Source: Leptospiraceae bacterium (GTDB lineage Bacteria; Spirochaetota; Leptospiria; Leptospirales; Leptonemataceae). Taken from it: a DNA stretch of 64,000 nt. The position numbers and the translations under genes were made by a program. Position 1 is the stretch's first letter, and each line of letters opens with the position of its first letter. Shown piece by piece: positions 10,401 to 18,815 of the stretch. The stretch spans positions 224,001 to 288,000 of the forward strand of contig JAVJNR010000005.1 of the NCBI GenBank assembly GCA_040217195.1. The letters run 5' to 3'. The notes under the pieces are model-generated. The model made no database searches. It saw only the letters and a list, made by a program, of their open reading frames with translations, and was not told the origin of the DNA.

Positions 10401-11125
10401 AATTTCTGAAGATACTTCAAGAAAGCATCCTTATCTGTGGCTGGCAGTAGATCCTCACTGGCTGGCAGCACTTCGGCCATTTGTAGAATTTGGCCGCTTC
10501 TTTGAGTTTCAGGATCAAAGTTTCGGATGCTTTCTACTTCAATGTCAAAGAAGTCCAACCGAAGTGGTTCATGACCCGGAGAATAAATGTCCATCACAGA
10601 ACCCTTAAGACAAACATCACCGGGACCTTCGGTCCTTTCCACTCGATGATATCCCAGGCTAAGAAGTTTTTGAAGAAGCAGTGATGGATCCAGAGTCATG
10701 CCTGACTTGATGTTCAACGTTGCTTTCTTCCAGATATCGGGATTCTGGATTCTTCGCATTAAGGCTGTAATTGGTGCAACATAGAGGCCGGCCCTGTTTT
10801 CGCAGAGATCCAGAATTCCATGCACACGCTGACCGGCAATCCCTGCATCCCTTCGGGCGCGATCGTAAGGAATTCCATCACGTTCAGGGATTAGGACAAA
10901 TTCACTGGGCTCCAGAAACAGTTCCAGATCGAGCGCCAGTGCTTCTGCGGATACGGCTCCAGGCGTTACAACCAGAACCGGAAGGTCTGGCAGGCTTTGC
11001 CGTAACGAAGCCAGAACAAAGCCTGTGGCTCCGGGGGGAACGCCGTACACAGGAAAAAGACCGCCGGTTTTGTTCCAGCGGTCTTCCCAGAATCTGCCGG
11101 CAAATGCCTTGAGAAAGGATTGCAC
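7415..11125 (-). CDS. mfd: Transcription-repair coupling factor
   Basis: UvrB-homology N-region, RID (VVHINHGVGKF), MDRLVCGDVGYGKTEVA, DEEQRFGV, QIRGRVGRS, RDLEIRGAGNLLG, TRCF C-terminus. Confidence 0.98.
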   Translation of the reverse strand: MQSFLKAFAGRFWEDRWNKTGGLFPVYGVPPGATGFVLASLRQSLPDLPVLVVTPGAVSAEALALDLELFLEPSEFVLIPERDGIPYDRARRDAGIAGQRVHGILDLCENRAGLYVAPITALMRRIQNPDIWKKATLNIKSGMTLDPSLLLQKLLSLGYHRVERTEGPGDVCLKGSVMDIYSPGHEPLRLDFFDIEVESIRNFDPETQRSGQILQMAEVLPASEDLLPATDKDAFLKYLQKFEGCETPDWLSELESQHPSGKLEPNEQFYPGRNLPGLEDVLVDFLENKSLLDCFPQKPLVIVLQSEDIEKHRHRVITEHHIIFEAECHNRMAASPEQILAEDPLNLENLEQEEGQESPELPKNIRAIFRLTQDLADLNSASDVQRPMIQAASGFQGRISELRKAVEDKLEQRATVILTSPYHAQIQRISGIFRGEPVTLSVTEDPDGPLSFSDSDRNAGSQKKPGGSKSSLTARKSSKTSKSRATSALKKNNVSSSSASSEKPVLHVIQNFRNSGFEVPELNLFVWSDHDIFGRGYRKRNRFKARSSSPIESFLDLKEGDFVVHINHGVGKFIKLERVKAAGRERDFLVLEYADQDKLFVPLDQISLVQKYAAPTDKPRLDHLGRASFKKVRERVEERIEEFAEELLKIYAARMSRKGYAYPPDSPWQEEFEAAFPFEETPDQITAIESVKQDMETPRPMDRLVCGDVGYGKTEVAIRATFKAVMGGKQVAVICPTTILALQHFKNFKERYGDFPVRVDWISRFRTRKEITEAKQKLEAGDVDVVIGTHALLAKDIKFKNLGLLIVDEEQRFGVTHKEALKKMKALVDVLTLTATPIPRTLHLSLTGIRDLSIIQTPPRDRRAVQTFVMEDSDTVLMEAVERELERGGQVFYLHNRIQDLDAVAARIQELMPDVSFTTLHGQMDEDDIENVLLDFVNRKYDLLLTTAIIENGIDMPNVNTLIVDRADSFGLSQLYQIRGRVGRSSRQAYAYFFHPGKHILTEHAQKRLNTLLEYQELGSGFKVAMRDLEIRGAGNLLGKEQSGDIMDVGYELYIKFLDDAVRRLKGEDVPSDFRCAVNLKTDFYLPDDYIPDTRQKIEFYKRFEAATDLEEVESLATEMEDRFGDPLGAARQFVIVEKIRTLCSSAGFEKVFEEAAGLIQLEAGENFRIPPEHMIQVLKSGKGFRVKPGKSDTLYFEPSGALQKAGLEDRLSAFLAALMELTAPIHEREKEAAVR

Positions 11126-11166
11126 TCAGGACCGAATCCCTCGCACACATCTGCCATACAAGTGTT

Positions 11167-11844
11167 TTAGGCCCTCCTTTCTAGAGATAAGGCCGGATAA
11201 TCTACGGTGTCACCTTTAATGCCAAGGTATTGTTCATACCTCCTGAATGGCTGCCGGTTAAAATATCCAAGGTATTTTTGAAGAGGAGAATAAGGCGTTC
11301 CGTTGCGTAGATTGTACAAAATGAATGTATCCCGGAAAGCCGAGGCAGTAAGGCCGGGTATCAACAATCGCTTTCCCAGCTGCTGAACGAATCGCTCCAC
11401 CGTCCGACTGTGGAAGGGAGAAAAGGGATCCCTGGAATAAAACAAAAACTGATCCATGTCTCGGCCCTGAATGCAGCGGCACATGGGATAGTAAAGAATG
11501 GGAGGTAAGGATATACTTCGCTCCCGTTTCTGTCTTTGTCCGGAAAATCCCGGATCCCCTCTTCGCAGACATGCGTTTCTGGTATCTACTATGCGAAGCT
11601 TTTGACGCCCCAGATCTACATCCCCCACCTTCAGGGTAACTGCTTCACGAACCTGAAGGCCCGTTTCCCAGAGCAATCTGAGTAACAGTTGAAAGGGATG
11701 GCCCGCAGAGGCAGCATGAATTCTTCGCAAGGTTTCGGAAGATAATTCTAGAATATCCTCCCTGTTTCGCTTGAACACTCCTAATGATCTATTGTCCTTC
11801 ATCTGGGTTAATACAATTGCATTAAAACATTTGATTGCAATCAT
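11167..11844 (-). CDS. Tyrosine recombinase-like protein, catalytic domain only, degenerate active site
   Basis: LLWETGLQVREAVTLKVGDVD (box I, R replaced by Q), LTASAFRDTF (HxxR is SxxR), LQKYLGY...RRY; AGGAG RBS before ATG 11844. Confidence 0.8.
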   Translation of the reverse strand: MIAIKCFNAIVLTQMKDNRSLGVFKRNREDILELSSETLRRIHAASAGHPFQLLLRLLWETGLQVREAVTLKVGDVDLGRQKLRIVDTRNACLRRGDPGFSGQRQKRERSISLPPILYYPMCRCIQGRDMDQFLFYSRDPFSPFHSRTVERFVQQLGKRLLIPGLTASAFRDTFILYNLRNGTPYSPLQKYLGYFNRQPFRRYEQYLGIKGDTVDYPALSLERRA

Positions 11845-12166
11845 CTAGTAATCTCCTGCCATTAAATCTTACAGGATTTTTCGGATTTTGTTAGATTGGC
11901 CCGATGATTATGATTATCTATCAAAGCCCGGCCATAGCATTTGATGTATGATCATCGCCCAAAGGCGCAGCCCATTTTTGCAGCCCAGGAAATGGACCTT
12001 TTAGGCATGAGAATGGAAAAAAATCGGATTTTGGCCCCATCCAGATATGGTCTTTTTTCCTCGGAAGGGGCTGAATTTGCCAGAATGCTTTCCGATAGCG
12101 CTGAAAATTCGATTGACCTGGACCGAAAATAGAAGAGACTCCATTCAAAAAATCAGGAACCCTTCC

Positions 12167-13822
12167 ATGTCATTGAGATTTAAGAATCAAGCACTTACTT
12201 TATTTTTGGCTGCCATCACTTTACTGGTAGCCGGGCCCGTTATGGCCGAAGACCCCTCCGTTTCCGAGGATACGGTTCGAGTACCGGCCGTAGACTTCGA
12301 AAACAGGACAAATCGGCGAGCCACACCGGCTGCCCGCGAATATGAACGCAATACGGGTGTTCAGGGCGCCGAAGAAGTCCTGAAAGATGGCGAATACTCC
12401 CTTCGTGGAGTATCCATTGTCCGTGTTTTTGATCCGTCAAAAGAAGGAATGGGAGCAGACATTGTTACCATTGATCCTCAGGCGGACTTTGGACACATTA
12501 ATGCAATCATTCGAGTGCTGCAGGGGTATCTGAGTAGAGCCTTTGAATACAATATGGAAGATGCAGCCGTTGTTGCAAGATACATTGTATATTACAATGC
12601 TCGTTTGAGAAATGATGCCAGTCTGTATCAGGGTAAGTATTCGGAAGATGTTCTGGCCAAAGTGGATCCGAAAAAAGCTGGTATTGATCGCTCCTACCGT
12701 AATTGGGCCGGAAATACTCAGATCTTTATTCCTCTCAAGAAAAACGTTGTTCGCCCTGGAGATACCGACGTAGATCGAGAAGAGATTACAGAGGAAGAAA
12801 CCGGAATTAACGAAGATGATAAGACCGATATGGATCGGATCGATGAAGATCGGAAAGACGAAGATAAGGATCGTCTAGACGAGAAAGAAGAAGAGCTGGA
12901 AAAGCGCAAAGAAGATACAGGAAAGGAACTGGAAGAACTTCAGAAAGATCCTGAAAAGAATAAAGAAGCAATAGAAGAAACCAAAGAAGAACTGGAGCAA
13001 ATCGAGCAAGAGCAGAAAGAAGTTCAGGAACAGAAAGAAGATCTGGAACAAGGAACTACAGATTCCACGGACTCTACGGATTCCACTGATAGCACAGACT
13101 CCACCGATTCAACGGACTCTACGGATTCTACAGACTCCACTGATTCAACAGATTCTACTGACAGCACCGATACCACAGATTCAACGGAAACTACCGAAAC
13201 CACGGATAGTACAGAGGAAGTGGCCACTACAGATACAACCAAGCCAGACGAAACCCTGGAAGAAATCGATAAGAGTGAAAATGTAATCGCAGAAAAGATC
13301 CTGTTTCTGCGAATCCTTCGCTACATTGAAGGCGGACATTACAGCAACGAACTCTGGGCTATCGATCCCAAGAAAGACGATACCCTAGAGAAGAGCCCTT
13401 ACTCAAATATCTGCGGTCGTGAATTTGTAGGCCTTGGCGAAGACTCAGTGGTGGTTATCGGATACGAAGGATCTGCACACAATGATTCCAGCCATATCCT
13501 GGTTGTGATCAACGGAAAGGACCTTCTGAAGAAAAATCAGTCCCAGGAAGAAGTATTCTGGCGCACTCCAATGGTTACCAAAGATGGCAAAGTATATGCT
13601 TTCATCAAAGACGGTAACTCCTACTTTCTAGGCCGATTCAATGCAGACCTTACCCTGGATGCCAGGAGCTCCGATCCGATCAGCCAGAATTCAGATGTTA
13701 CATTTTACGGAGAAAAGATCTACCTCACAGGGAAGTCCGGCAATGGGGATACCACAACCATTCAGGTATTCAATGCAGGAGATTTGAAACTGATTAAAAC
13801 GATTACACCTCCAGCGAACTAG
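12167..13822 (+). CDS. P83/100-family exported spirochaetal protein
   Basis: Signal peptide; GADIVTIDPQADFGHINAIIRVLQGYL..AFEY and YIVYYNARLR...WAGNTQIFIPL resemble Borrelia P83/100; acidic coiled coil, TDS linker, beta-rich C-terminus. Start at ATG 12167 with AGGAA RBS. Confidence 0.8.
   Translation: MSLRFKNQALTLFLAAITLLVAGPVMAEDPSVSEDTVRVPAVDFENRTNRRATPAAREYERNTGVQGAEEVLKDGEYSLRGVSIVRVFDPSKEGMGADIVTIDPQADFGHINAIIRVLQGYLSRAFEYNMEDAAVVARYIVYYNARLRNDASLYQGKYSEDVLAKVDPKKAGIDRSYRNWAGNTQIFIPLKKNVVRPGDTDVDREEITEEETGINEDDKTDMDRIDEDRKDEDKDRLDEKEEELEKRKEDTGKELEELQKDPEKNKEAIEETKEELEQIEQEQKEVQEQKEDLEQGTTDSTDSTDSTDSTDSTDSTDSTDSTDSTDSTDSTDSTDTTDSTETTETTDSTEEVATTDTTKPDETLEEIDKSENVIAEKILFLRILRYIEGGHYSNELWAIDPKKDDTLEKSPYSNICGREFVGLGEDSVVVIGYEGSAHNDSSHILVVINGKDLLKKNQSQEEVFWRTPMVTKDGKVYAFIKDGNSYFLGRFNADLTLDARSSDPISQNSDVTFYGEKIYLTGKSGNGDTTTIQVFNAGDLKLIKTITPPAN
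13058..13210 (+). repeat. In-frame 9-bp repeat encoding (TDS)12-TDT-TDS-TET-TET-TDS
   Basis: Seventeen 9-nt units starting ACN-GAN, with heavily varied synonymous codons. Confidence 0.95.
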
Positions 13823-13856
13823 CAGCTGACATTAATTCTCTGGCGGCCTGGCCGCC

Positions 13857-13887
13857 AAAAAGGTCGGCCATAGGGTCGGCCTTTTTT
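13857..13887 (+). terminator. Intrinsic terminator, possibly bidirectional
   Basis: AAAAAGGTCGGCC-ATAG-GGTCGGCCTTTTTT just after the P83/100 stop. Confidence 0.8.
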
Positions 13888-13895
13888 GTTTAAAA

Positions 13896-14288
13896 TTGCT
13901 TCTACCGCAACAGGGGGATGGGCTATTGAGACGTGTAAGACTGAAACCAATTTCAATTTTTCTGGCAGTCCTCGGGGGATTGACTTTGCTCGGTGGATAT
14001 ACTGCATTTTCCGTATTCATCTACTCCCCTTTGCTTCAGGATCGATGTAGCTTGAGTTGTACGTCCGCTGAACAAGCCGTGGTTCAATCCGGTTACGCGG
14101 CCACCTCAATTACCGAAGGTTGTGAATGTGACAGTCCCGAAGGCTTCAACAGGGGTCACTTCTTCTTTCAAGATGAAAACATTGACTGGGTCGCTCTGAT
14201 CATGATCCGAGTAAGCGCCATAGGGCTGATATCGCTACTGGTAATACTGCCGCTTTCAAAAGCAATTCAGCGAATTGAGAAGGTCTGA
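13896..14288 (+). CDS. Small two-TM protein with a Cys-rich loop (start uncertain)
   Basis: Two hydrophobic helices flank CSLSC...GCEC. Confidence 0.6.
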   Translation: MLLPQQGDGLLRRVRLKPISIFLAVLGGLTLLGGYTAFSVFIYSPLLQDRCSLSCTSAEQAVVQSGYAATSITEGCECDSPEGFNRGHFFFQDENIDWVALIMIRVSAIGLISLLVILPLSKAIQRIEKV

Positions 14289-14327
14289 AAAGGTTGCCAG
14301 AATATTATTGGCCTTCAGACTCTGGCC

Positions 14328-14810
14328 ATGAGCGCAGAATCCAATAAGGCATTGATCGAGAATTTCTATACCGCCTTTCAAAACAAAGATGGGCAGACCA
14401 TGGCCGATAGCTATGCATCGGATGCAACATTCCATGATCCTGTATTTCAGGAACTGCAAGGTGTGCAGATCGGTGCTATGTGGAAGATGCTCCTGGAACG
14501 ATCTACAGATCTAAAAATCGTATTCTCGGAGGTGCAGGCCGATGAGAGCACTGGTAGCGCAAAATGGGTGGCCACTTATCCATTCAGTAAGACAGGCCGA
14601 ACCATAGTGAATCATATCCAGGCGAAATTCAAATTCGAAGACGGAAAAATCATAGATCACAAAGACAGCTTTTCTCTTTGGAAATGGTCAAGGATGGCTC
14701 TGGGAGCTAGCGGGCTATTTCTGGGCTGGTCAGGTGCCGTCCAGGGAAAGATTCGTAAAGAAGCCCAGGGCGGATTGAAACTCTGGATGAAGAGAAAAAG
14801 AATCAGCTAA
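14328..14810 (+). CDS. SnoaL-like/NTF2-family protein
   Basis: LIENFYTAF...MADSYA.DATFHDPVF...MWKML, FKFEDGKIIDHKDSF. Confidence 0.9.
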   Translation: MSAESNKALIENFYTAFQNKDGQTMADSYASDATFHDPVFQELQGVQIGAMWKMLLERSTDLKIVFSEVQADESTGSAKWVATYPFSKTGRTIVNHIQAKFKFEDGKIIDHKDSFSLWKWSRMALGASGLFLGWSGAVQGKIRKEAQGGLKLWMKRKRIS

Positions 14811-14825
14811 GCCATAAGTCCCGGG

Positions 14826-15434
14826 ATGACTACGCCAAATACTCGAGCCCTGAGCACTCTGCTCATCCTATCGGCAATCTTACTGCTGATCTGGTGGATG
14901 GCCACAGGTGGGATATTTCTGTCCTTGAATGGAGATTTCCCTGGCTCCGTTTTGCATCCGGCCTGGATACCAGTGAATGCCCTCGGACTGCTGGGATGCA
15001 TTCTACTGTGCCTGGGTCTGCCTATTCTTGGATTTCACTCGGAGGGCTCGGGCCCAGTACCGTTTAGCACCGGTGTTCTAATATCCCAGGCCGGAGTAAT
15101 ACTGTTTACAGCCATCCAGTATTACGAGACCTTTTTATGGCCGGTGGCTGCCGATTTCGATCCCTCCCTGATTGCCCTGGAAGGTGCACTGGTTTTTGGC
15201 GATCTGCGAGTCAGTGTTCCTCTAGTTGCCTCCGGGCTGGTTCTGGCCACTGGATTTCTAATTCTGATGATAGAGCTAATTCGCTCCGGCGAGACCAAAC
15301 TCTGGCCGGTTCTGCTATTTTTGGGTGCTCTATTATTCGGAAGCGGACTGATCGTGCCAGTCAGAACCATCGGCCTATTGATTTTTACTGCGGCTCTAAT
15401 TCGGTACGGCAGACTGAATCGGCAAGAAAAATAG
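14826..15434 (+). CDS. Integral membrane protein (5-6 TM)
   Basis: Strongly hydrophobic 202-aa ORF 15 nt after the SnoaL-like gene. Confidence 0.75.
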   Translation: MTTPNTRALSTLLILSAILLLIWWMATGGIFLSLNGDFPGSVLHPAWIPVNALGLLGCILLCLGLPILGFHSEGSGPVPFSTGVLISQAGVILFTAIQYYETFLWPVAADFDPSLIALEGALVFGDLRVSVPLVASGLVLATGFLILMIELIRSGETKLWPVLLFLGALLFGSGLIVPVRTIGLLIFTAALIRYGRLNRQEK

Positions 15435-15583
15435 GTCAGGTCATGAGTTGCCTACTACCGGCCTCGGCCCTTTCAAAATGATCAGAAATTCCATGGTTTA
15501 AGCATGCATGCCTTGATTGTTCTTTGCCCTTCCGCAATAGCGCTTCAGAAGACCGACCTAAAATGCCGGGTACTTCCAGGAAC

Positions 15584-15614
15584 AAAAAAGCCCGAGCTAC
15601 CAAGCCCGGGCTTT
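15584..15614. terminator. Terminator hairpin between convergent genes
   Basis: AAAAAAGCCCGAGCT-ACCA-AGCCCGGGCTTT. Confidence 0.7.
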
Positions 15615-15670
15615 CATTCTGCGAAACACAAATTTCACATCTGGATTCTGACCTTCACTCAAATTATATT

Positions 15671-17428
15671 TTACATACTTGAGCTTCGGACAATCCGACC
15701 GGGCCTTGCATCGGTTACCTGATCATTTTCCAGAACTACCTGCCCGGCCACAAGTGTGGCTCTATAGCCTTGCACTTCCTGCATCAGTCTTTGACCTCCG
15801 CCCGGAAGGTCCTGAATCATTCGGGGAGCCTTTAGACTCAAGTTATCGTAGTCGATTACATTCAGGTCTGCTTTTTTTCCTACCTGAATGAGTCCTCGAT
15901 CCGAATAGCCCATATGGCGGGCATTATCGCTGGTGAGCATTTGAACGGCACGTTCCAGGCCAATGCGATCTTTCTTTCTATCGCGGGTCCAGTAGCTCAG
16001 GAAATAAGTGGGAAAGCTACCATCGCATACGGTACCCACATGCGCGCCACTGTCAGATAGACCAAACAGAGACTGGGGATGTTCCAGCATTGTATGAACG
16101 TTGTCATAGCTAAATTCAGTATAGTTGTAGATTGGAAAGTAAATTAGCGCCTTCCCATCGTTCTTGAGCATTGTATCATAGACCAGATCCAGAGGAGCAA
16201 TGCCCATTCCTTTGGCTCTTGCGCCCAGGCTCTGCTCCACAGGTTGTTCATAGTCCGGGGATTCGCCCAGCTCAAACAACTTGAAAGATAGCTGCTCGAT
16301 GGCTGCCAGGAATTTGTCTGCAAGAGGCGGTACAGGAGTTCCATCGCCGGCCAGTTGTTCGGATGGCTCATCGATGATCCTACGCTTCAGCTCCGGATCT
16401 TTCATCTTCTCCACTCTTTCTTTTAGCGAAAGATGGCTGATGGCCTTGTAACTTGCTTTTCCCATGAAAGGATGAAACGTACACTGCAGTCCCAGGTTTA
16501 CGCCAATCGCTCTGGGGGCGACCTGAAAGTGAAAGTCGATTCCCTTTTTAGAGGCTTCTTCGCCTTTCTGCAGGATTCTTTTCCAGAGGTCCGGCCAGAA
16601 GTCCCTTTGATTAAGAGATAAAGAGAATGGACGACCGCTTGCCGCCGCGAACTTCTCCAGAAATTCGAACTCCTTATCGAAATCATCGTGGGTGCGCTCC
16701 ATGTCGAAATCGGATACGGCTTGCAGTACTCCGTAATTCAGACCTTTGAACGATGATGCAAGACCTACCAGCTCTTCCATGGTTGCTTCGGACGCTGGAG
16801 TCCAGTTACCGGAAGCGCTTCTATGCACATCGGAACGTCCGGTGGTCAGTCCGGCGGCGCCCGCTTCCATTGCTTCGCGGACGAATTGCTGCATTTTCTT
16901 TATGTCATCTTCGGTGGCTGGCTTCTGCTCCAGAGCCCGCTCTCCCATGGTATACACACGAAGAGCATCGTGAGGAATCTGAGCAGCAAAGTCGATGGTA
17001 TGGGGCATCTTATCCAGAGCATCCATGTACTCCGGAAACGATTCCCATTGCCAGTTGATCCCTTCTGCCAGAGCAGCGCCGGGGATGTCTTCCACCCCTT
17101 CCATCAAATCGATTAATTTATTTCTATCTTCCTTTTTAACCGGCGCAAAACCGACTCCGCAGGAACCCATAACTACCGTTGTGGTACCATGATTCACCGA
17201 TGGCATTAGCACTTCATCCCAGCTTACCTGCCCATCGTAATGCGTATGCAAATCCACAAAGCCCGGTGTTACCAGAGCCCCATTTGCATCTATGGTTCTA
17301 GCCGCAGATTCTTCTACTTTTCCGACAGAAACGATCTTTCCGTCTTTGATTCCAATATCGCCTTTGAACGTCTCATTTCCGGATCCATCGACAATGGTTC
17401 CGCCTTCTATTTTTAGATCCAAACTCAT
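15671..17428 (-). CDS. N-acyl-D-amino-acid deacylase family amidohydrolase
   Basis: IEGGTIVDGSG, TPGFVDLHTHYD, GTTTVVMGSCGVGFAP, SDSGAH, GKKADLNVID. Confidence 0.9.
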   Translation of the reverse strand: MSLDLKIEGGTIVDGSGNETFKGDIGIKDGKIVSVGKVEESAARTIDANGALVTPGFVDLHTHYDGQVSWDEVLMPSVNHGTTTVVMGSCGVGFAPVKKEDRNKLIDLMEGVEDIPGAALAEGINWQWESFPEYMDALDKMPHTIDFAAQIPHDALRVYTMGERALEQKPATEDDIKKMQQFVREAMEAGAAGLTTGRSDVHRSASGNWTPASEATMEELVGLASSFKGLNYGVLQAVSDFDMERTHDDFDKEFEFLEKFAAASGRPFSLSLNQRDFWPDLWKRILQKGEEASKKGIDFHFQVAPRAIGVNLGLQCTFHPFMGKASYKAISHLSLKERVEKMKDPELKRRIIDEPSEQLAGDGTPVPPLADKFLAAIEQLSFKLFELGESPDYEQPVEQSLGARAKGMGIAPLDLVYDTMLKNDGKALIYFPIYNYTEFSYDNVHTMLEHPQSLFGLSDSGAHVGTVCDGSFPTYFLSYWTRDRKKDRIGLERAVQMLTSDNARHMGYSDRGLIQVGKKADLNVIDYDNLSLKAPRMIQDLPGGGQRLMQEVQGYRATLVAGQVVLENDQVTDARPGRIVRSSSM

Positions 17429-17589
17429 AATTATCCCCCGGGCGCAGGATAACAGAGCGTCAGATAGAAATCCATCATTTTTTGTAACGAGCGCTACGGA
17501 GATTGGATACCCTGGTCACCTGAGTAACTCTGGTAGTGCCGACAGGACCGGAGCGGCTATCCAGGCATGGTGCCTATAAAGGAATTCCC

Positions 17590-17837
17590 CGGGCTTTGAG
17601 GCGAACCCGGCGCGGGACGGTCAAGGGCGCCAAAACAACCGATTCGGGCTTTAAGGCGAACCTCGCGGCGGACGGCCCGGTGCGCATAAACGACCGATCC
17701 GAGCTCTTAGGCGAACCCGGTGCGGGACGGTCCGGGGCGCGTAAACAACCGATTCGGGCTTTAAGGCGAACCCTGCGCTGGACGGTCCGGGGCGCGTAAA
17801 CAACCGATCCGAGCTCTTAGGCGAACCCGGCGCGGGA
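17590..17837. repeat. Non-coding GC-rich 55-bp tandem repeat (about 4.5 copies)
   Basis: Units start at 17590, 17645, 17700, 17755 and 17810. Consensus CGRGCTYTWAGGCGAACC-N7-GGACGGTCCGGGGCGCGTAAACAACCGATY. Confidence 0.95.
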
Positions 17838-17937
17838 TAGGTAAGATAATGACAGTCCTCGCATTCTCCGCCCATCGCTAATGGATTGACGGGACCACCC
17901 ATGTGAAGTCCCAAAATCCGACCCTCTTTCGGAAAGG

Positions 17938-18609
17938 CTACTGCTCTACGCAAATGATGTGCGTCGCAACGCCGGTGCAGCCGGAAGTGGCCCAATTTAT
18001 CATGGTGGAAGTATTCTCTGAGAAATTGCCTGTGCCATAGGATCCCGATGTGAGGGTGAAGTTCCCGCAATCGTTGGTACTACTGGTCCAGTCTGCTTCC
18101 AGCGCAGTCAGAGTAATACTAAATGTTCCGCCATTGTACTCTGCTACACCGGTGGAGACGGGGAATGTAAAAATACCATTCGAATTGGTAGTACCTATTA
18201 CAGTGCTACCGTCCTTTCTGCGGTACTCCTTATCTGGTTTGAGAACCCAGTCCGTATGCTCCGATGTGCCGCCGCTGCAGTTCGCAGTCGTGCATGCAAT
18301 TCGGTTGGTTCCGTCTACCACCATGGCCTTGTAGGTTCCTCCGGATGGCTTATTGCTATCATTGGCGCAGGAATTGTCAAGGCCTGAGATTCCGCCGTCA
18401 CTATCTGCATTATTTGCAACAAACATCTTACAGGGGCCGGTGGTGGAACATGGTGGTGAGCTTGAGGACTGCGTTGCAAGTAAGACTGCAAGAATCAGCC
18501 CGGTCCGGTCGTCGTCTTCACTACAGCCAGAGGCCACCAGACTAATAAGAGAACAGATGAGCATTTTTGTCACAATTAGTTTCGATCTTCCCGGATAGTT
18601 CCAGCGCAT
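17938..18609 (-). CDS. DUF1554 (Len/endostatin-like) lipoprotein
   Basis: Lipobox ASGC; GGISGLDNSCANDSNKP, YKAMVVDGTNRIAC, DWVLKPDKEYRR.DG, IGTTNSNGIF, terminal IICVEQ. Confidence 0.85.
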   Translation of the reverse strand: MRWNYPGRSKLIVTKMLICSLISLVASGCSEDDDRTGLILAVLLATQSSSSPPCSTTGPCKMFVANNADSDGGISGLDNSCANDSNKPSGGTYKAMVVDGTNRIACTTANCSGGTSEHTDWVLKPDKEYRRKDGSTVIGTTNSNGIFTFPVSTGVAEYNGGTFSITLTALEADWTSSTNDCGNFTLTSGSYGTGNFSENTSTMINWATSGCTGVATHIICVEQ

Positions 18610-18815
18610 AGTAAATATCCCCCGAACAGATACTTAGCCTGATTCAATAGTCTGTCAATTTAAAACCTCATAGATGTATTATGGTACACCAGGGGGTTTT
18701 CTATAATTGAGGCAACGGAAGGTTTGATTTCAAATAAAGTTCTTCATTTCCCAGCCCTCCGAAAATGTATGGACGGGTCACTTTAGAACCTCTCCCCTGA
18801 GGAAGATCCATTCGG

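Noticed and set aside
11167..11844. Prophage or integrative element integrase
   Set aside because: Catalytic residues are degenerate, and no att-like repeats, tRNA target or phage/ICE genes flank it.
17590..17837. CRISPR array
   Set aside because: Units are similar along their whole length with no unique 25-45-nt spacers, and there are no cas genes in the window.
17536..18070. ORFs 17536-17799 (+) and 17651-18070 (-) across the repeat
   Set aside because: They are by-products of a GC-rich 55-bp repeat whose period is not a multiple of 3; one also overlaps the DUF1554 gene out of frame.
17938..18609. Diversity-generating retroelement target (lectin-like fold)
   Set aside because: I found no reverse transcriptase and no adenine-variant template repeat of the 3' end in the window. 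A remote DGR cannot be excluded.
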